A stretch of 63,883 nt of DNA, counting the filler. It is 5 parts of 5 records of this genome, joined end to end, with 100 filler letters (N's around TTAATTAATTAA, not from the genome) between each part and the next. Parts side by side here need not be neighbours in the genome. Positions count along the whole stretch, not along the records: positions 1 to 28,750 come from SRR2962707_1083; 4 more parts are not named here. The stretch is one strand, 5' to 3'. The translations under genes and the position numbers were made by a program. Positions 1 through 9,471 of this stretch are shown one piece after another. The notes under the pieces are model-generated. The model saw only the letters and a program-made list of their open reading frames with translations. It did no database searches and had not been told where the DNA came from. Each line of letters begins with the position of its first letter. Position 1 is the first letter of the stretch.

Positions 1-786
1 ATCGGCTGTTTCGGCCTGACCGAGCCGGACCACGGTTCCGACCCGGGCAGCATGGTCACCCGCGCCAAGAAAACCGACGGCGGCTACCTGCTCTCCGGCG
101 CCAAGATGTGGATCACCAACAGCCCCATCGCCGATGTGTTCGTGGTCTGGGCCAAGACCGAGGACGACAAGATCCGCGGCTTTATTCTGGAAAAAGGCTG
201 GGAAGGTCTGAGCGCCCCGGCGATTCACGGCAAGGTCGGCCTGCGCGCCTCCATCACCGGTGAAATCGTCATGGACAATGTGTTCGTGCCGGAAGAAAAC
301 CTGATGCCGGGCGTGTCCGGCCTGCGTGGTCCGTTCACTTGCCTGAACTCCGCCCGTTACGGTATTTCCTGGGGGGCGTTGGGCGCCGCCGAGTTCTGCT
401 GGCACACCGCCCGTCAGTACACCCTGGACCGCAAGCAGTTTGGCCGTCCGCTGGCCGCCAACCAGTTGATCCAGAAGAAACTGGCCGACATGCAGACCGA
501 GATCACCCTGGGCCTGCAGGGCTGTCTGCGTCTGGGCCGGATGAAGGACGAAGGCACCGCGGCGGTGGAAATCACCTCCATCATGAAGCGCAACTCCTGT
601 GGCAAGGCGCTGGACATCGCGCGGCTGGCCCGTGACATGATGGGCGGTAATGGCATCTCCGACGAGTTCGGTGTGGCCCGCCACCTGGTCAACCTGGAAG
701 TGGTGAACACCTACGAAGGGACCCACGACGTGCACGCGCTGATTCTCGGCCGCGCGCAAACCGGCCTGCAAGCCTTCACCAACTAA
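1..786 (+). CDS. gcdH: Glutaryl-CoA dehydrogenase, 5'-truncated by the window edge
   Basis: Frame is open from base 1 ([18 protein letters not shown]). Acyl-CoA dehydrogenase motifs [25 protein letters not shown] and the GCDH-type C-terminus [21 protein letters not shown]. Confidence 0.93.
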   Translation: MGCFGLTEPDHGSDPGSMVTRAKKTDGGYLLSGAKMWITNSPIADVFVVWAKTEDDKIRGFILEKGWEGLSAPAIHGKVGLRASITGEIVMDNVFVPEENLMPGVSGLRGPFTCLNSARYGISWGALGAAEFCWHTARQYTLDRKQFGRPLAANQLIQKKLADMQTEITLGLQGCLRLGRMKDEGTAAVEITSIMKRNSCGKALDIARLARDMMGGNGISDEFGVARHLVNLEVVNTYEGTHDVHALILGRAQTGLQAFTN

Positions 787-795
787 GGGACTGTT

Positions 796-2028
796 ATGAG
801 TGGCGCGCTGTCGCACCTGCGCGTGCTCGATTTGTCCCGCGTTCTGGCCGGCCCCTGGGCCGGCCAGATCCTGGGCGATCTGGGCGCCGAGGTGATCAAG
901 GTGGAGCGGCCCGGCAGCGGTGACGATACCCGTATCTGGGGGCCGCCCTACGCCAAGGACGCGGAGGGTCACGACAGTGACCAGTCCGCCTATTATCTGT
1001 GCACCAATCGCAACAAGAAATCGGTGGCCATCGATATCGCCCACCCGGAAGGGCAGGCGCTGATCCGTGAACTGGCCGCGCAAAGCGATGTGGTGATCGA
1101 GAACTTCAAAAAAGACGGCCTGCGCCGCTATGGTCTGGATTATGAATCCTTGTCCGAGGACAACCCCGGGCTGATTTATTGCTCCATCACCGGCTTCGGT
1201 CAGACCGGGCCTTACTCCAGCCGCCCCGGCTACGATTTTCTGATTCAGGCCATGGGCGGGTTGATGAGCATCACCGGCCATCGTGACGGTGAGCCCGGTG
1301 CCGGCCCGATGAAAGTGGGCGTGGCGCTCACCGATATCACCACCGGCCTGTATTCCACCATCGCCATTCTCGGCGCGCTGGAACATCGCAATCAGACCGG
1401 CGAAGGCCAGCACATTGATATGGCGCTGCTGGATGTGCAGGTCGCTTGTCTGGCCAACCAGACACTCAATTACCTCACCACCGGTCAAGCACCGACGCGC
1501 ATGGGCAATGCTCATCCCAGCGTGGTGCCGTACCAGGATTTCCCCACCGCTGATGGCGATGTGATCCTGGCGATTGGCAACGACGGTCAGTTCGCCCGCT
1601 TCTGTGAGGTGGCCGGACACCCGGAGTGGGCCGCGGACGACCGCTACGCCACCAACCGCGCCCGCGTGGACAATCGCGACACCTTGATTCCGTTGATGCG
1701 GCAGACCACGGTAATGCGCACCACCCGGGAATGGATCGAGGTTCTGGAACAGGCCGGTGTGCCCTGCGGGCCGGTCAACAGCATCGCCGATGTGTTTCAG
1801 GATCCCCACGTCCAGGCCCGGGGCATGCAACTGGAAATGCCGCACCCGAGTCTGGGCACGGTACCGCAGGTGGCCAGCCCGCTGCGGCTGTCGGCGTCAC
1901 CGGTGGAGTATCGCACCGCGCCGCCGCTTCTCGGTGAGCATACCGACGAGGTGCTGGCGCAAACCCTGGGGCTGTCCGCCGAAGCGATCCAACGGCTGCG
2001 TGCGGAGCGTATTGCCGGTCAGAACTGA
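796..2028 (+). CDS. CaiB/BaiF (family III) CoA-transferase, probably activating glutarate
   Basis: Motifs RVLDLSRVLAGP, NRNKKS, ENFK and GYDFLIQAMGG (catalytic Asp). Starts 9 nt after gcdH. Confidence 0.9.
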   Translation: MSGALSHLRVLDLSRVLAGPWAGQILGDLGAEVIKVERPGSGDDTRIWGPPYAKDAEGHDSDQSAYYLCTNRNKKSVAIDIAHPEGQALIRELAAQSDVVIENFKKDGLRRYGLDYESLSEDNPGLIYCSITGFGQTGPYSSRPGYDFLIQAMGGLMSITGHRDGEPGAGPMKVGVALTDITTGLYSTIAILGALEHRNQTGEGQHIDMALLDVQVACLANQTLNYLTTGQAPTRMGNAHPSVVPYQDFPTADGDVILAIGNDGQFARFCEVAGHPEWAADDRYATNRARVDNRDTLIPLMRQTTVMRTTREWIEVLEQAGVPCGPVNSIADVFQDPHVQARGMQLEMPHPSLGTVPQVASPLRLSASPVEYRTAPPLLGEHTDEVLAQTLGLSAEAIQRLRAERIAGQN

Positions 2029-2079
2029 TTGCGGCTCGCTTCCCTCGGGGAGAGCTACGAAGCCGCTGTAGGAGCTCCT

Positions 2080-2448
2080 TCAATACCGCCCTTCCTCGCG
2101 CAGCGCCTCTTCGATCGGCCTCACTTCAATCGTGCCCAGCCGCGCCGACGGCCAGCCCTGGGCCAGGCGCAGGGCTTCATCGAAATCCTGTGCTTTGATC
2201 AGGAAAAAGCCGCCCAGCTGCTCCTTGGTTTCCGCGAATGGACCATCGGTGACCGAGACCTTGCCGCCACGGACGCGGGTGGTTTTGGCCCGACGCGCGC
2301 TTTGCAGGGCGTGGGTGTCGACCAGGTGCCCCCCGGCGCGCAAGGTTTCCACATAGTCCAGCGTTTCCTGGCGCAGCGCCTGCCATTGTTCCCGCGTCAG
2401 ATCGGTGAGAGCCTGTTCCGCTTCATAGGCCAGACAGAGAAATTTCAT
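2080..2448 (-). CDS. YciI-family (DGPF-domain) protein
   Basis: Signature DGPFAETKEQLGGFFLI and C-terminal IEVRP. Confidence 0.9.
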   Translation of the reverse strand: MKFLCLAYEAEQALTDLTREQWQALRQETLDYVETLRAGGHLVDTHALQSARRAKTTRVRGGKVSVTDGPFAETKEQLGGFFLIKAQDFDEALRLAQGWPSARLGTIEVRPIEEALREEGRY

Positions 2449-2631
2449 TTTTTATTCCCATGGGATGCTGATACCACTGAAGAGTAGAGGGGCGCTGCAC
2501 AAATGTTCCAGACGCACCCCCGTCCGGGGTTGTATTGATGATCAATTGCACTAACCGATTTCTGTACCTGTTTCTGTAATAGTAATGACACCACGGGGCG
2601 AATCCGCTCCAGACAGTGGCAAGGAACGGCA

Positions 2632-3468
2632 ATGACGTCCACCAATTGGGTTGATCTGTCTCGCGATCCGGAAACCGGGATCGAGAGTTTGCGCGCCCAT
2701 TTCGAAGGTCACGCCTACGATCCGCATTGGCATGATACCTATGCCATCGGGCTCACCGAACAGGGCGTGCAGCGGTTTCATCTGGGGCGCACCCGCCATG
2801 AGAGCACACCAGGTAAAGTGATTCTGCTGGAACCCGGTGATGTCCATGACGGCCACGGGCCGACGCCGGAAGGCTTTACCTACCGGCTACTGTACATTGA
2901 TCCGCAATGGCTGCATCAGCGGTTGGGAGGATTGTTCGAACAGCGCCCCGATCATTATCGCATGGCGTTTCAGGATGCCATGAGCAGCGACGTGCGGCTG
3001 GCTCGCGCCATCGGTACTGCTTTCGATGTGATGCATCACGGCGATTTTCGTATCACCCGGCAGGCGGCGTTGGATACGCTGCTGGAGCGGCTGACCTGCC
3101 ATGTGCAATGGCGGCGCCGGCCGCAGCCGCATCCGGCGATGCCGTTGCTGGCGGCGAAGACGCGGGAATTCCTGCATGCTCATATTGCCGAGGATATCGG
3201 CATGGACGACGTGGCGCGGGCGCTCGGCTGCGACCGTTTCCGTATCACGCGGGCCTTTAAAGCGGCGTTCGGCATGTCGCCGCACGCTTATCTGGTGCAA
3301 CTGCGTCTGGTCGAAGCCCGCCGCTTGCTGGCTCGGGGCGAAACACCGGCGGAAGTGGCGGCGGCCACCGGGTTCGCCGATCAAAGTCATCTTGGACGCT
3401 GGTTTCGCCGTGCTTATGCGATGACGCCGGCCTATTACCGTAATCGTTGCTCAAAGCTTCCAGACTGA
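2632..3468 (+). CDS. AraC-family transcriptional regulator
   Basis: Cupin-like HAYDPHWHD and C-terminal HTH GFADQSHLGRWFRRAY. Confidence 0.92.
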   Translation: MTSTNWVDLSRDPETGIESLRAHFEGHAYDPHWHDTYAIGLTEQGVQRFHLGRTRHESTPGKVILLEPGDVHDGHGPTPEGFTYRLLYIDPQWLHQRLGGLFEQRPDHYRMAFQDAMSSDVRLARAIGTAFDVMHHGDFRITRQAALDTLLERLTCHVQWRRRPQPHPAMPLLAAKTREFLHAHIAEDIGMDDVARALGCDRFRITRAFKAAFGMSPHAYLVQLRLVEARRLLARGETPAEVAAATGFADQSHLGRWFRRAYAMTPAYYRNRCSKLPD

Positions 3469-3519
3469 CAACGGCCGCTACGCGACGATAGCCCTCCCAT
3501 CTGGTTGAGGGTTGGTGTC

Positions 3520-4128
3520 ATGGAATCCCTGGTCGCGTTTTTTCTGTTTGCCTTTGTCGCCTCGATCACGCCCGGTCCCACTAATGTTCTGGTGATGAGC
3601 AACGCTTCCCGTCATGGCTGGCCTTCGGCGCTGCCCATGGTGATCGGCGGCTGCGCCGCCGCCGCCACCATCGTGCTGTTGGTCGGCAGCGGCCTGACCC
3701 GCTCCCTGGCGGAGCACCCCCAGATCCAGCGGGCCATCGCCTGGACGGGTGTGGCCTGGCTGAGCTGGATGGCCTGGCATCTGTTCCGCAGCGATTCCCT
3801 TGGTGACGACGAACGGGCGCTCGGCCGCGGCCGTGGCTTCACCGTGGCCGCCACCCTGCAACTGGTGAATCCGAAAGTCTGGATGATGGCGCTGGCGGTC
3901 ATGGGGGTGTTCGTCACCCCGGGCACCGGGCAAGGTGGTCGCGTGGCTTTGTTGTCGCTGATCTTCTTTCTGGTGGCGCTGCCGTGCATGGCGATCTGGG
4001 CCTGGCTGGGCATCAAAGCCGCCGCCTGGACCCGTTCGCCGGGGCGCCTGCGCTGGTTCAACCGCGCCATGGCGGTGCTGTTGCTGCTCACTGCCTGGTC
4101 CACGGTGGTGGACGTTCGGGTGTTGTGA
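3520..4128 (+). CDS. LysE-family translocator
   Basis: SITPGPTN and LQLVNPKVW motifs; hydrophobic helices. Confidence 0.9.
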   Translation: MESLVAFFLFAFVASITPGPTNVLVMSNASRHGWPSALPMVIGGCAAAATIVLLVGSGLTRSLAEHPQIQRAIAWTGVAWLSWMAWHLFRSDSLGDDERALGRGRGFTVAATLQLVNPKVWMMALAVMGVFVTPGTGQGGRVALLSLIFFLVALPCMAIWAWLGIKAAAWTRSPGRLRWFNRAMAVLLLLTAWSTVVDVRVL

Positions 4129-4333
4129 AGAACGCTTGATATCACACGCGGTCCTGGCCGATCAAACCCCGGATGAGGCATACTTCGCGACGCTGCCCGC
4201 GATTAAAACGGCAGCACGATTGCCTGGCGCGTTCCACTCGAAAATCCCGGAACACTGTCCGAACAAGTGGCGCTACCCGTTGAGGCGCCCCTCACGATAG
4301 ACAGTGTCAAGTCATGGACTGGAAAGACTCCGA

Positions 4334-4468
4334 ATGATGAATTGGATCCCTATAGTTTTCTTTACGTTCAAGATTGTCGTGTTCGGCACGGGCATGTTCT
4401 TCGCCATCAAGTGGCACTACGACAAAGGGAAGAAGAAAAAAGAAAATAACGAAATCAGCCGACGGTAA
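4334..4468 (+). CDS. Small 44-aa membrane peptide missed by the ORF track
   Basis: Hand translation MMNWIPIVFFTFKIVVFGTGMFFAIKWHYDKGKKKKENNEISRR*. One hydrophobic helix plus Lys-rich tail, GGAAAG upstream, hairpin downstream. Confidence 0.7.
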   Translation: MMNWIPIVFFTFKIVVFGTGMFFAIKWHYDKGKKKKENNEISRR

Positions 4469-4508
4469 GCGCCCGCCGATAGGGATGGTGGGCGCGGTTT
4501 CCATTTTG
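4469..4508 (+). terminator. Hairpin between the small ORF and the convergent MFS gene
   Basis: GCGCCCGCC...GGTGGGCGC stem followed by GGTTTCCATTTT. Confidence 0.5.
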
Positions 4509-4513
4509 GGGCG

Positions 4514-5956
4514 TCAGGCGTTATGCCCCAACCTGCGCAGCCGCTGCAACAGCACGCAGGACACCACCGCCGCCGTCAGGTTGTACAACATGGCAACGAC
4601 GAACGCGTCCACGTGGGCGGCGGCAGGCTCCGCCGCCGGGGCGGCCCGCAAAGTGCCGAGGAACAGCATGCCCATGGCGCAGACGCCGAGGGCGGCGCCC
4701 ACCTGTTGCAGTGTGGAGATCACCCCGGAGGCCATGCCCGCCTGCCGCCGCGGCACCACCCCAAGAATCAGATTCAGCAACGGGGTCATTACCAGGCCCT
4801 GACCAAAGCCCACCGCGATCAATGCCGGAATCCACCAGGCCAACAGGCCTCCCTCCGCTGTCCACTTCACCTGCATGATCAGTAAGCCCAGGGAAACCGC
4901 GTAAAGACCACCCCCGGCTACCAGTGTCGTGGCGCCATAGCGTGATACCCAGCGTGAAGCCAGCAATGACGACGCCATGAAACCAGCACTGGCCGGTGCG
5001 AACAGCGCCCCGGCCTGGAACGGATCCAGCCCCAGCCCGGTTTGCACCAGTAGCGCGAAGCACAGGAAGAAGGAGCTGGAGGTGGAATAAATCAGTGTGA
5101 CCAGCACACAGCCCAGGGCGAAAGCCGGTTGTCGCAGTAGCGTCATATCCACCAGAGGGAGCAGCCCCCGGCGTTGCCGGCGACGTTGCTGAAGACTGAA
5201 TTGCGCCAGCAACAGGCCGGATAGTACCAGCGCGCCCCAGCACCACAGCGGCCAGTGCCGGGCCGGGCCTTCCAGCAGTGCTACCAGCAACAGTGTCAAA
5301 CCGGCGGCCACCAGCAGCACACCGACACCATCCAGATCCGGCCGCTGCTCCAGGCGGGATTCGGCCACGCGCCCGCCGAACAGCAGTGTCAGCAGCCCGA
5401 TGGGGAGATTGATCAGAAAGATGGTGCGCCAGCCCAGACCGGCCAGGTCCAGATGCACCAGCCAGCCGCCCAGCACTTGCCCGGCAATGGCCGCAAACCC
5501 CAGTGTCATGCCCAGCCAGGCAAACGCCCGGCGCTGAGTGTCGGCGTCGTAGAGCACGCGCAGAGAGGCGTAGATCTGCGGAAAGAGCAGAGCAGCGGCA
5601 CCGCCCTGGAACACCCGGGCGGCGATCAGTGCTTCCACCGTGGGGGCGATGCCGCACAGCAGAGAAGCCAGGGTGAAAAGCGCCATCCCCCAGAGATACA
5701 GACGCCGCCGTCCAAAGCGGTCGCCGAGACGGCCGCCGGTGATGAGCAGAGCGCCGAAGGCCAGTTCATAGCCAGCCAGCACGAAGCCGATTTGCGCGAA
5801 ACTGGCACCCAGGTCCCGCTGCATGCTGGGGATCGCCACGTTGACCACGAACAGATCAAAAATGGTGACAAAGCCGCCGAGCAACAATAGCGGTAGACCG
5901 GGAATGCCCTTGCCATGGGGAAGGGACGAAGCAAGGGGGGAACGGGATGCCATCAT
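4514..5956 (-). CDS. MFS transporter (DHA2-type drug/H+ antiporter)
   Basis: DLFVVNVAIPSM, motif A GRLGDRFGRRR, WRTIFLINLPIG; many TM segments. Confidence 0.92.
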   Translation of the reverse strand: MMASRSPLASSLPHGKGIPGLPLLLLGGFVTIFDLFVVNVAIPSMQRDLGASFAQIGFVLAGYELAFGALLITGGRLGDRFGRRRLYLWGMALFTLASLLCGIAPTVEALIAARVFQGGAAALLFPQIYASLRVLYDADTQRRAFAWLGMTLGFAAIAGQVLGGWLVHLDLAGLGWRTIFLINLPIGLLTLLFGGRVAESRLEQRPDLDGVGVLLVAAGLTLLLVALLEGPARHWPLWCWGALVLSGLLLAQFSLQQRRRQRRGLLPLVDMTLLRQPAFALGCVLVTLIYSTSSSFFLCFALLVQTGLGLDPFQAGALFAPASAGFMASSLLASRWVSRYGATTLVAGGGLYAVSLGLLIMQVKWTAEGGLLAWWIPALIAVGFGQGLVMTPLLNLILGVVPRRQAGMASGVISTLQQVGAALGVCAMGMLFLGTLRAAPAAEPAAAHVDAFVVAMLYNLTAAVVSCVLLQRLRRLGHNA

Positions 5957-6047
5957 GGTCTCCTCTTGTGGGTGAAGAGGAGCTATTCTGGCGACCCTTT
6001 ATCACATTACAATTTAGCTTTTTATCCTATTACAAGAGGTAACCCCC

Positions 6048-6845
6048 ATGGCCACGCCAAGGCTGCAGCGCACACGCCGGGAACTGGCTGCTTTTCTGCG
6101 CGCCCGCCGGGAGGCTATCACTCCGGAGCAGGTGGGGCTGGCGGACAGTGGACGCCGGCGCACGCCCGGTTTGCGCCGTGAGGAAGTGGCCACGCTCGCC
6201 GGGGTCGGGGTGACCTGGTACACCTGGCTGGAGCAGGGACGGGAGATCGGCGTGTCCGCGCCGGTACTGGAACGCATCGCCCGGGTGCTCAAACTGGACG
6301 GCGCCCAGCGCCGCCATCTGTTTTTGCTGGCACAGAACCGGCCGCCGGTGGAACCGGGCAAAACCTGGTGCTCGGTGCCCCCGCTGGTACGGCGTTTAAT
6401 GGACGACTGGCCCCACCATCCGGCTTACGTGCTCAATTTGCGCTGGGATGTGCTGGCCTGGAACGCGGCGGCCCAGACCCTGTTTGATTTCGAGCAGCGG
6501 CCGGCGGGGCAGCGCAATCTGCTGTGGCTGTTGTTCACCGCCGAGGACCTTCGCGGCGTGTTCGTGAACTGGGCCGAACAAGCGCCGCGCATGCTGGCCA
6601 GCTTCCGCCGTGATTTCGTGCGCGCCACCACCGATCCCAGCATCACCGATCTGGTTCGGCAATTGGAACGGGCCTCGCCGGAATTCCGCCAATGGTGGCC
6701 CGGCCAGGACGTGCAAGCGCCGTGCACGGGCAGCCGGGAGTTGTTTCGCGATGGGCAAGTCCAGCGCTACCAGCACACCACCCTGATCGTGGACGAGGAT
6801 CGCCATCTGCGTCTGGTGGTGTACGCGCGGGATGAACACTCTTAA
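6048..6845 (+). CDS. XRE/MmyB-like transcriptional regulator (HTH plus ligand-binding domain)
   Basis: RRRTPGLRREEVATLAGVGVTWYTWLEQGR and PAYVLNLRWDVLAWN; divergent from the MFS gene. Confidence 0.92.
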   Translation: MATPRLQRTRRELAAFLRARREAITPEQVGLADSGRRRTPGLRREEVATLAGVGVTWYTWLEQGREIGVSAPVLERIARVLKLDGAQRRHLFLLAQNRPPVEPGKTWCSVPPLVRRLMDDWPHHPAYVLNLRWDVLAWNAAAQTLFDFEQRPAGQRNLLWLLFTAEDLRGVFVNWAEQAPRMLASFRRDFVRATTDPSITDLVRQLERASPEFRQWWPGQDVQAPCTGSRELFRDGQVQRYQHTTLIVDEDRHLRLVVYARDEHS

Positions 6846-7753
6846 CGCCGGGGCGCGGGGCGCAGGCGTTCGCCGATCACCGTTTCCAGCCACTGGGAAA
6901 ACACCTGGAAGCGGTGCGACAGATGCAGGCGCTGCGGATACAGCAAAGTGATGTCCATGGGCTCCGCCCGCCACTCGGGCAGTACCTCGCGAAGCAGGCC
7001 GTTGGCCAGATCCTCGCGAACATCGTAGGCCGGCACCTGGATCATACCCAGCCCGGCCCGGCAGCAGGCGATATACAGCTCGGTGTTGTTCACCGCCACG
7101 GCGCCGGGTATCTCCACCTGGTGGTATTCACCATCGCGCCGATATTCCCAGGGCTCGGGGCGGCCCTGACTGGGCGCGATATAATGCACCGCTCGATGCG
7201 ACGGCAGTTCTTCCACTGTACGCGGTGTACCGTGGCGCCGCAGGTACGCCGGGCTGGCGCAATTGATCAGTTCCAATTGCCCCAACGGCCGGGCGATCAA
7301 CGAGGAATCGGCCAGCGGACCGACGCGGATGACACAGTCCACCGCTTCCTGCACCAGATCCACCTGGCGGTCGGCCACGCACAGATCCACCTTGATATCC
7401 GGATAGCGGTCAAGAAAGGCCGGTAGCGCTGGAGCCAGCACCAGCCGCCCGATGCGGGCCGGCACATTGACGCGGATGCGTCCGGCCGGGGCTTTGCCGG
7501 GGCGGAACAGCTCCTCGGTTTCTTCGTAATCGGAAAGCAGTCGCACACAACGATCGTAGAAACGATGTCCTTCCTCGGTGACGGTAACCTGGCGCGTGGT
7601 GCGATGCAGCAATCGCGCGCCGACACGCTGTTCCAGCGTTTTAATCGCGCCGGACACCGACGAACGTGGTAGCGGCAGAGTCTCCGCGGCACGGGTGAAG
7701 TTGCCGCAGTCCACCACGCGCACGAAGATTCTGAGTAGCTCCAACCGGTCCAT
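6842..7753 (-). CDS. LysR-family regulator (DmlR/CrgA-like)
   Basis: GNFTRAAE...LLHRTTRQVTVTEEG; ASPAYLRRHGTP. Confidence 0.93.
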   Translation of the reverse strand: MDRLELLRIFVRVVDCGNFTRAAETLPLPRSSVSGAIKTLEQRVGARLLHRTTRQVTVTEEGHRFYDRCVRLLSDYEETEELFRPGKAPAGRIRVNVPARIGRLVLAPALPAFLDRYPDIKVDLCVADRQVDLVQEAVDCVIRVGPLADSSLIARPLGQLELINCASPAYLRRHGTPRTVEELPSHRAVHYIAPSQGRPEPWEYRRDGEYHQVEIPGAVAVNNTELYIACCRAGLGMIQVPAYDVREDLANGLLREVLPEWRAEPMDITLLYPQRLHLSHRFQVFSQWLETVIGERLRPAPRR

Positions 7754-7912
7754 GGTGCGCCTCCATTGTTCGTATCACTCGACGAGTGGAGTGAATATAG
7801 CGCTTTTATGATTGCATTAGCGACACATGGGACGGCGGAGGCGGTTTCCTGGGACGATCCGGCGTGAACGGATACACTGACGGGCGATGGTGTTCTCGCG
7901 TGGAAGGCGCTA

Positions 7913-8524
7913 ATGGAAGGAAGTCCTTTGAAAACCAAGCAACGGCAGCGGCAGGTGAAGCCCGCGGAAGTACGTCTGGATGAATTGGTCAGTGCGGCCC
8001 AGGTGTTGTTTCTGGAAAAGGGTATGAAGGCCACCACGGTGGACGATATCGTCGAACGGGCCGGTGTCGCCAAGGGCACTTTCTACCATTACTTCAACAC
8101 CAAAACGGACTTGTTGCCGGCACTTCGCGAGCGCTTCGCCCGTCGTTTCCTGGAACGGGTGTCGGAAGCGGTGGAAGCCTGTGCCGAAGACGACTGGCGC
8201 GGCCGGCTGAGCGCCTGGTGCCAGCGCAGCCTGTCGATCTGCGTCGAGGACTTTCGGCTGCACGATCTGGTGTACGCCGATCACTATCATGATCGCAGTG
8301 ACCCTGATCTGAACCAGGTGCTGGATCAGGTGGAGGCGATTCTGCGCGCCGGCGGTGAAGCCGGCGCCTGGCCTCAGGCGGATTGGCGGCGGCTGGCGGT
8401 CATCGCGTTCTGGAGCATGCACGGTCTGGCCGATGACCTCATCGCCCGCGGTGGGGACAGCGAGGAGGTGGGGCGCTTTCTCAGCCAGCGGCTATTGGCC
8501 ATGCTGGGCGGTACCGGAACCTGA
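7913..8524 (+). CDS. TetR/AcrR-family regulator
   Basis: HTH TTVDDIVERAGVAKGTFYHYF. Confidence 0.92.
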   Translation: MEGSPLKTKQRQRQVKPAEVRLDELVSAAQVLFLEKGMKATTVDDIVERAGVAKGTFYHYFNTKTDLLPALRERFARRFLERVSEAVEACAEDDWRGRLSAWCQRSLSICVEDFRLHDLVYADHYHDRSDPDLNQVLDQVEAILRAGGEAGAWPQADWRRLAVIAFWSMHGLADDLIARGGDSEEVGRFLSQRLLAMLGGTGT

Positions 8525-8764
8525 TCAGGCTTCCCCGGGGAGTGGCTGGTACAAGGGCCGGCGGCCGAGAACCCTCAAACCGTCGGGCCCGCTTTCCAGC
8601 AAACGGTATTCTTCGTTCGCCACCTGGACGGAGAGCTGGTAGCCGGAGGCTTCGGAGAAGCAGCCTCGCACCTGTTCCATGGCCGCCCTGGCGTCGGCGC
8701 TATCGGTTTCGAAATGCCCCAACAGCCGACCCCGGTGGTGGATGGTTAAACGGTACTGCGTCAT
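8525..8764 (-). CDS. Small hypothetical cytoplasmic protein (79 aa), last gene of the yggS operon
   Basis: ATGA overlap with the GATase stop at 8761-8764; sequence MTQYRLTIHHRGRLLGHFE...RLLESGPDGLRVL. Confidence 0.7.
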   Translation of the reverse strand: MTQYRLTIHHRGRLLGHFETDSADARAAMEQVRGCFSEASGYQLSVQVANEEYRLLESGPDGLRVLGRRPLYQPLPGEA

Positions 8765-9471
8765 TGTTTTTGCTCCCATTGATCCCGCCACTGAGTCATC
8801 AGCCGTCGCGCCGCCCGAATCAGAGAATGGCCGTGTTCCGCGGCGTCCCGGCGCAACTGTTCCAGATCAATGCCGGCCCCCGACAGTTCCAGGGTGTGGC
8901 CGATCAGCCAGCGCTCCAGCTTTTCCGGGTCCGCTTCGATGTGAAACTGCAGGCCCAGCGCGTGGTGGCCGGCGGCGAACGCCTGGGTCGGGCAAGGCGT
9001 CGTCGTGGCCAGACTGGACACGGCCGCCGGCAATTGAATCCGGTCGCCGTGCCAATGCAACACCGGCACGTCTTCCAGAGCGGTCAGCGGCGAGGCCAGG
9101 CCGGCGCGGGTCAGTTGAACGGGCGCGAAACCGATTTCCTTTTCCGGCATGGCGCTGATTCGGCCGCCCAGGGCCCGGGCCATCAATTGCGCGCCGAGAC
9201 AGATGCCGAGCAACGGCTGCCGTTGTCGCAGACGTTCGCTGATCAAGGCCAGCTCGGATTGCAGATACGGATAGAGACGGTCGTCGAAAGCGCCGATCGG
9301 ACCGCCGAGTACGATCAGCAGGCCAGGCGGGGCATCGAATAAATCCTCGAGGGTGTCCACGCCGATATCGCGGTATTGGATTTGCCAACCCCATTCGCGC
9401 AGCAGGGGTTCGAGCGTGCCCAGATCCTCGAAAGCCAGGTGGCGCAGGGCCACGGCGGTGTTCATCGTCAT
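8761..9471 (-). CDS. Class I glutamine amidotransferase-like protein (YfeJ-like)
   Basis: RHLAFEDLG, LGGPIG, GICLGAQ (nucleophile Cys), HWHGD, QFHIE (His-Glu); ATGA overlap with yggS. Confidence 0.9.
   Translation of the reverse strand: MTMNTAVALRHLAFEDLGTLEPLLREWGWQIQYRDIGVDTLEDLFDAPPGLLIVLGGPIGAFDDRLYPYLQSELALISERLRQRQPLLGICLGAQLMARALGGRISAMPEKEIGFAPVQLTRAGLASPLTALEDVPVLHWHGDRIQLPAAVSSLATTTPCPTQAFAAGHHALGLQFHIEADPEKLERWLIGHTLELSGAGIDLEQLRRDAAEHGHSLIRAARRLMTQWRDQWEQKQ

Noticed and set aside
4267..4449. 60-aa ORF from the track
   Set aside because: The overlapping frame 4334-4468 has a better start context and a coherent TM peptide.
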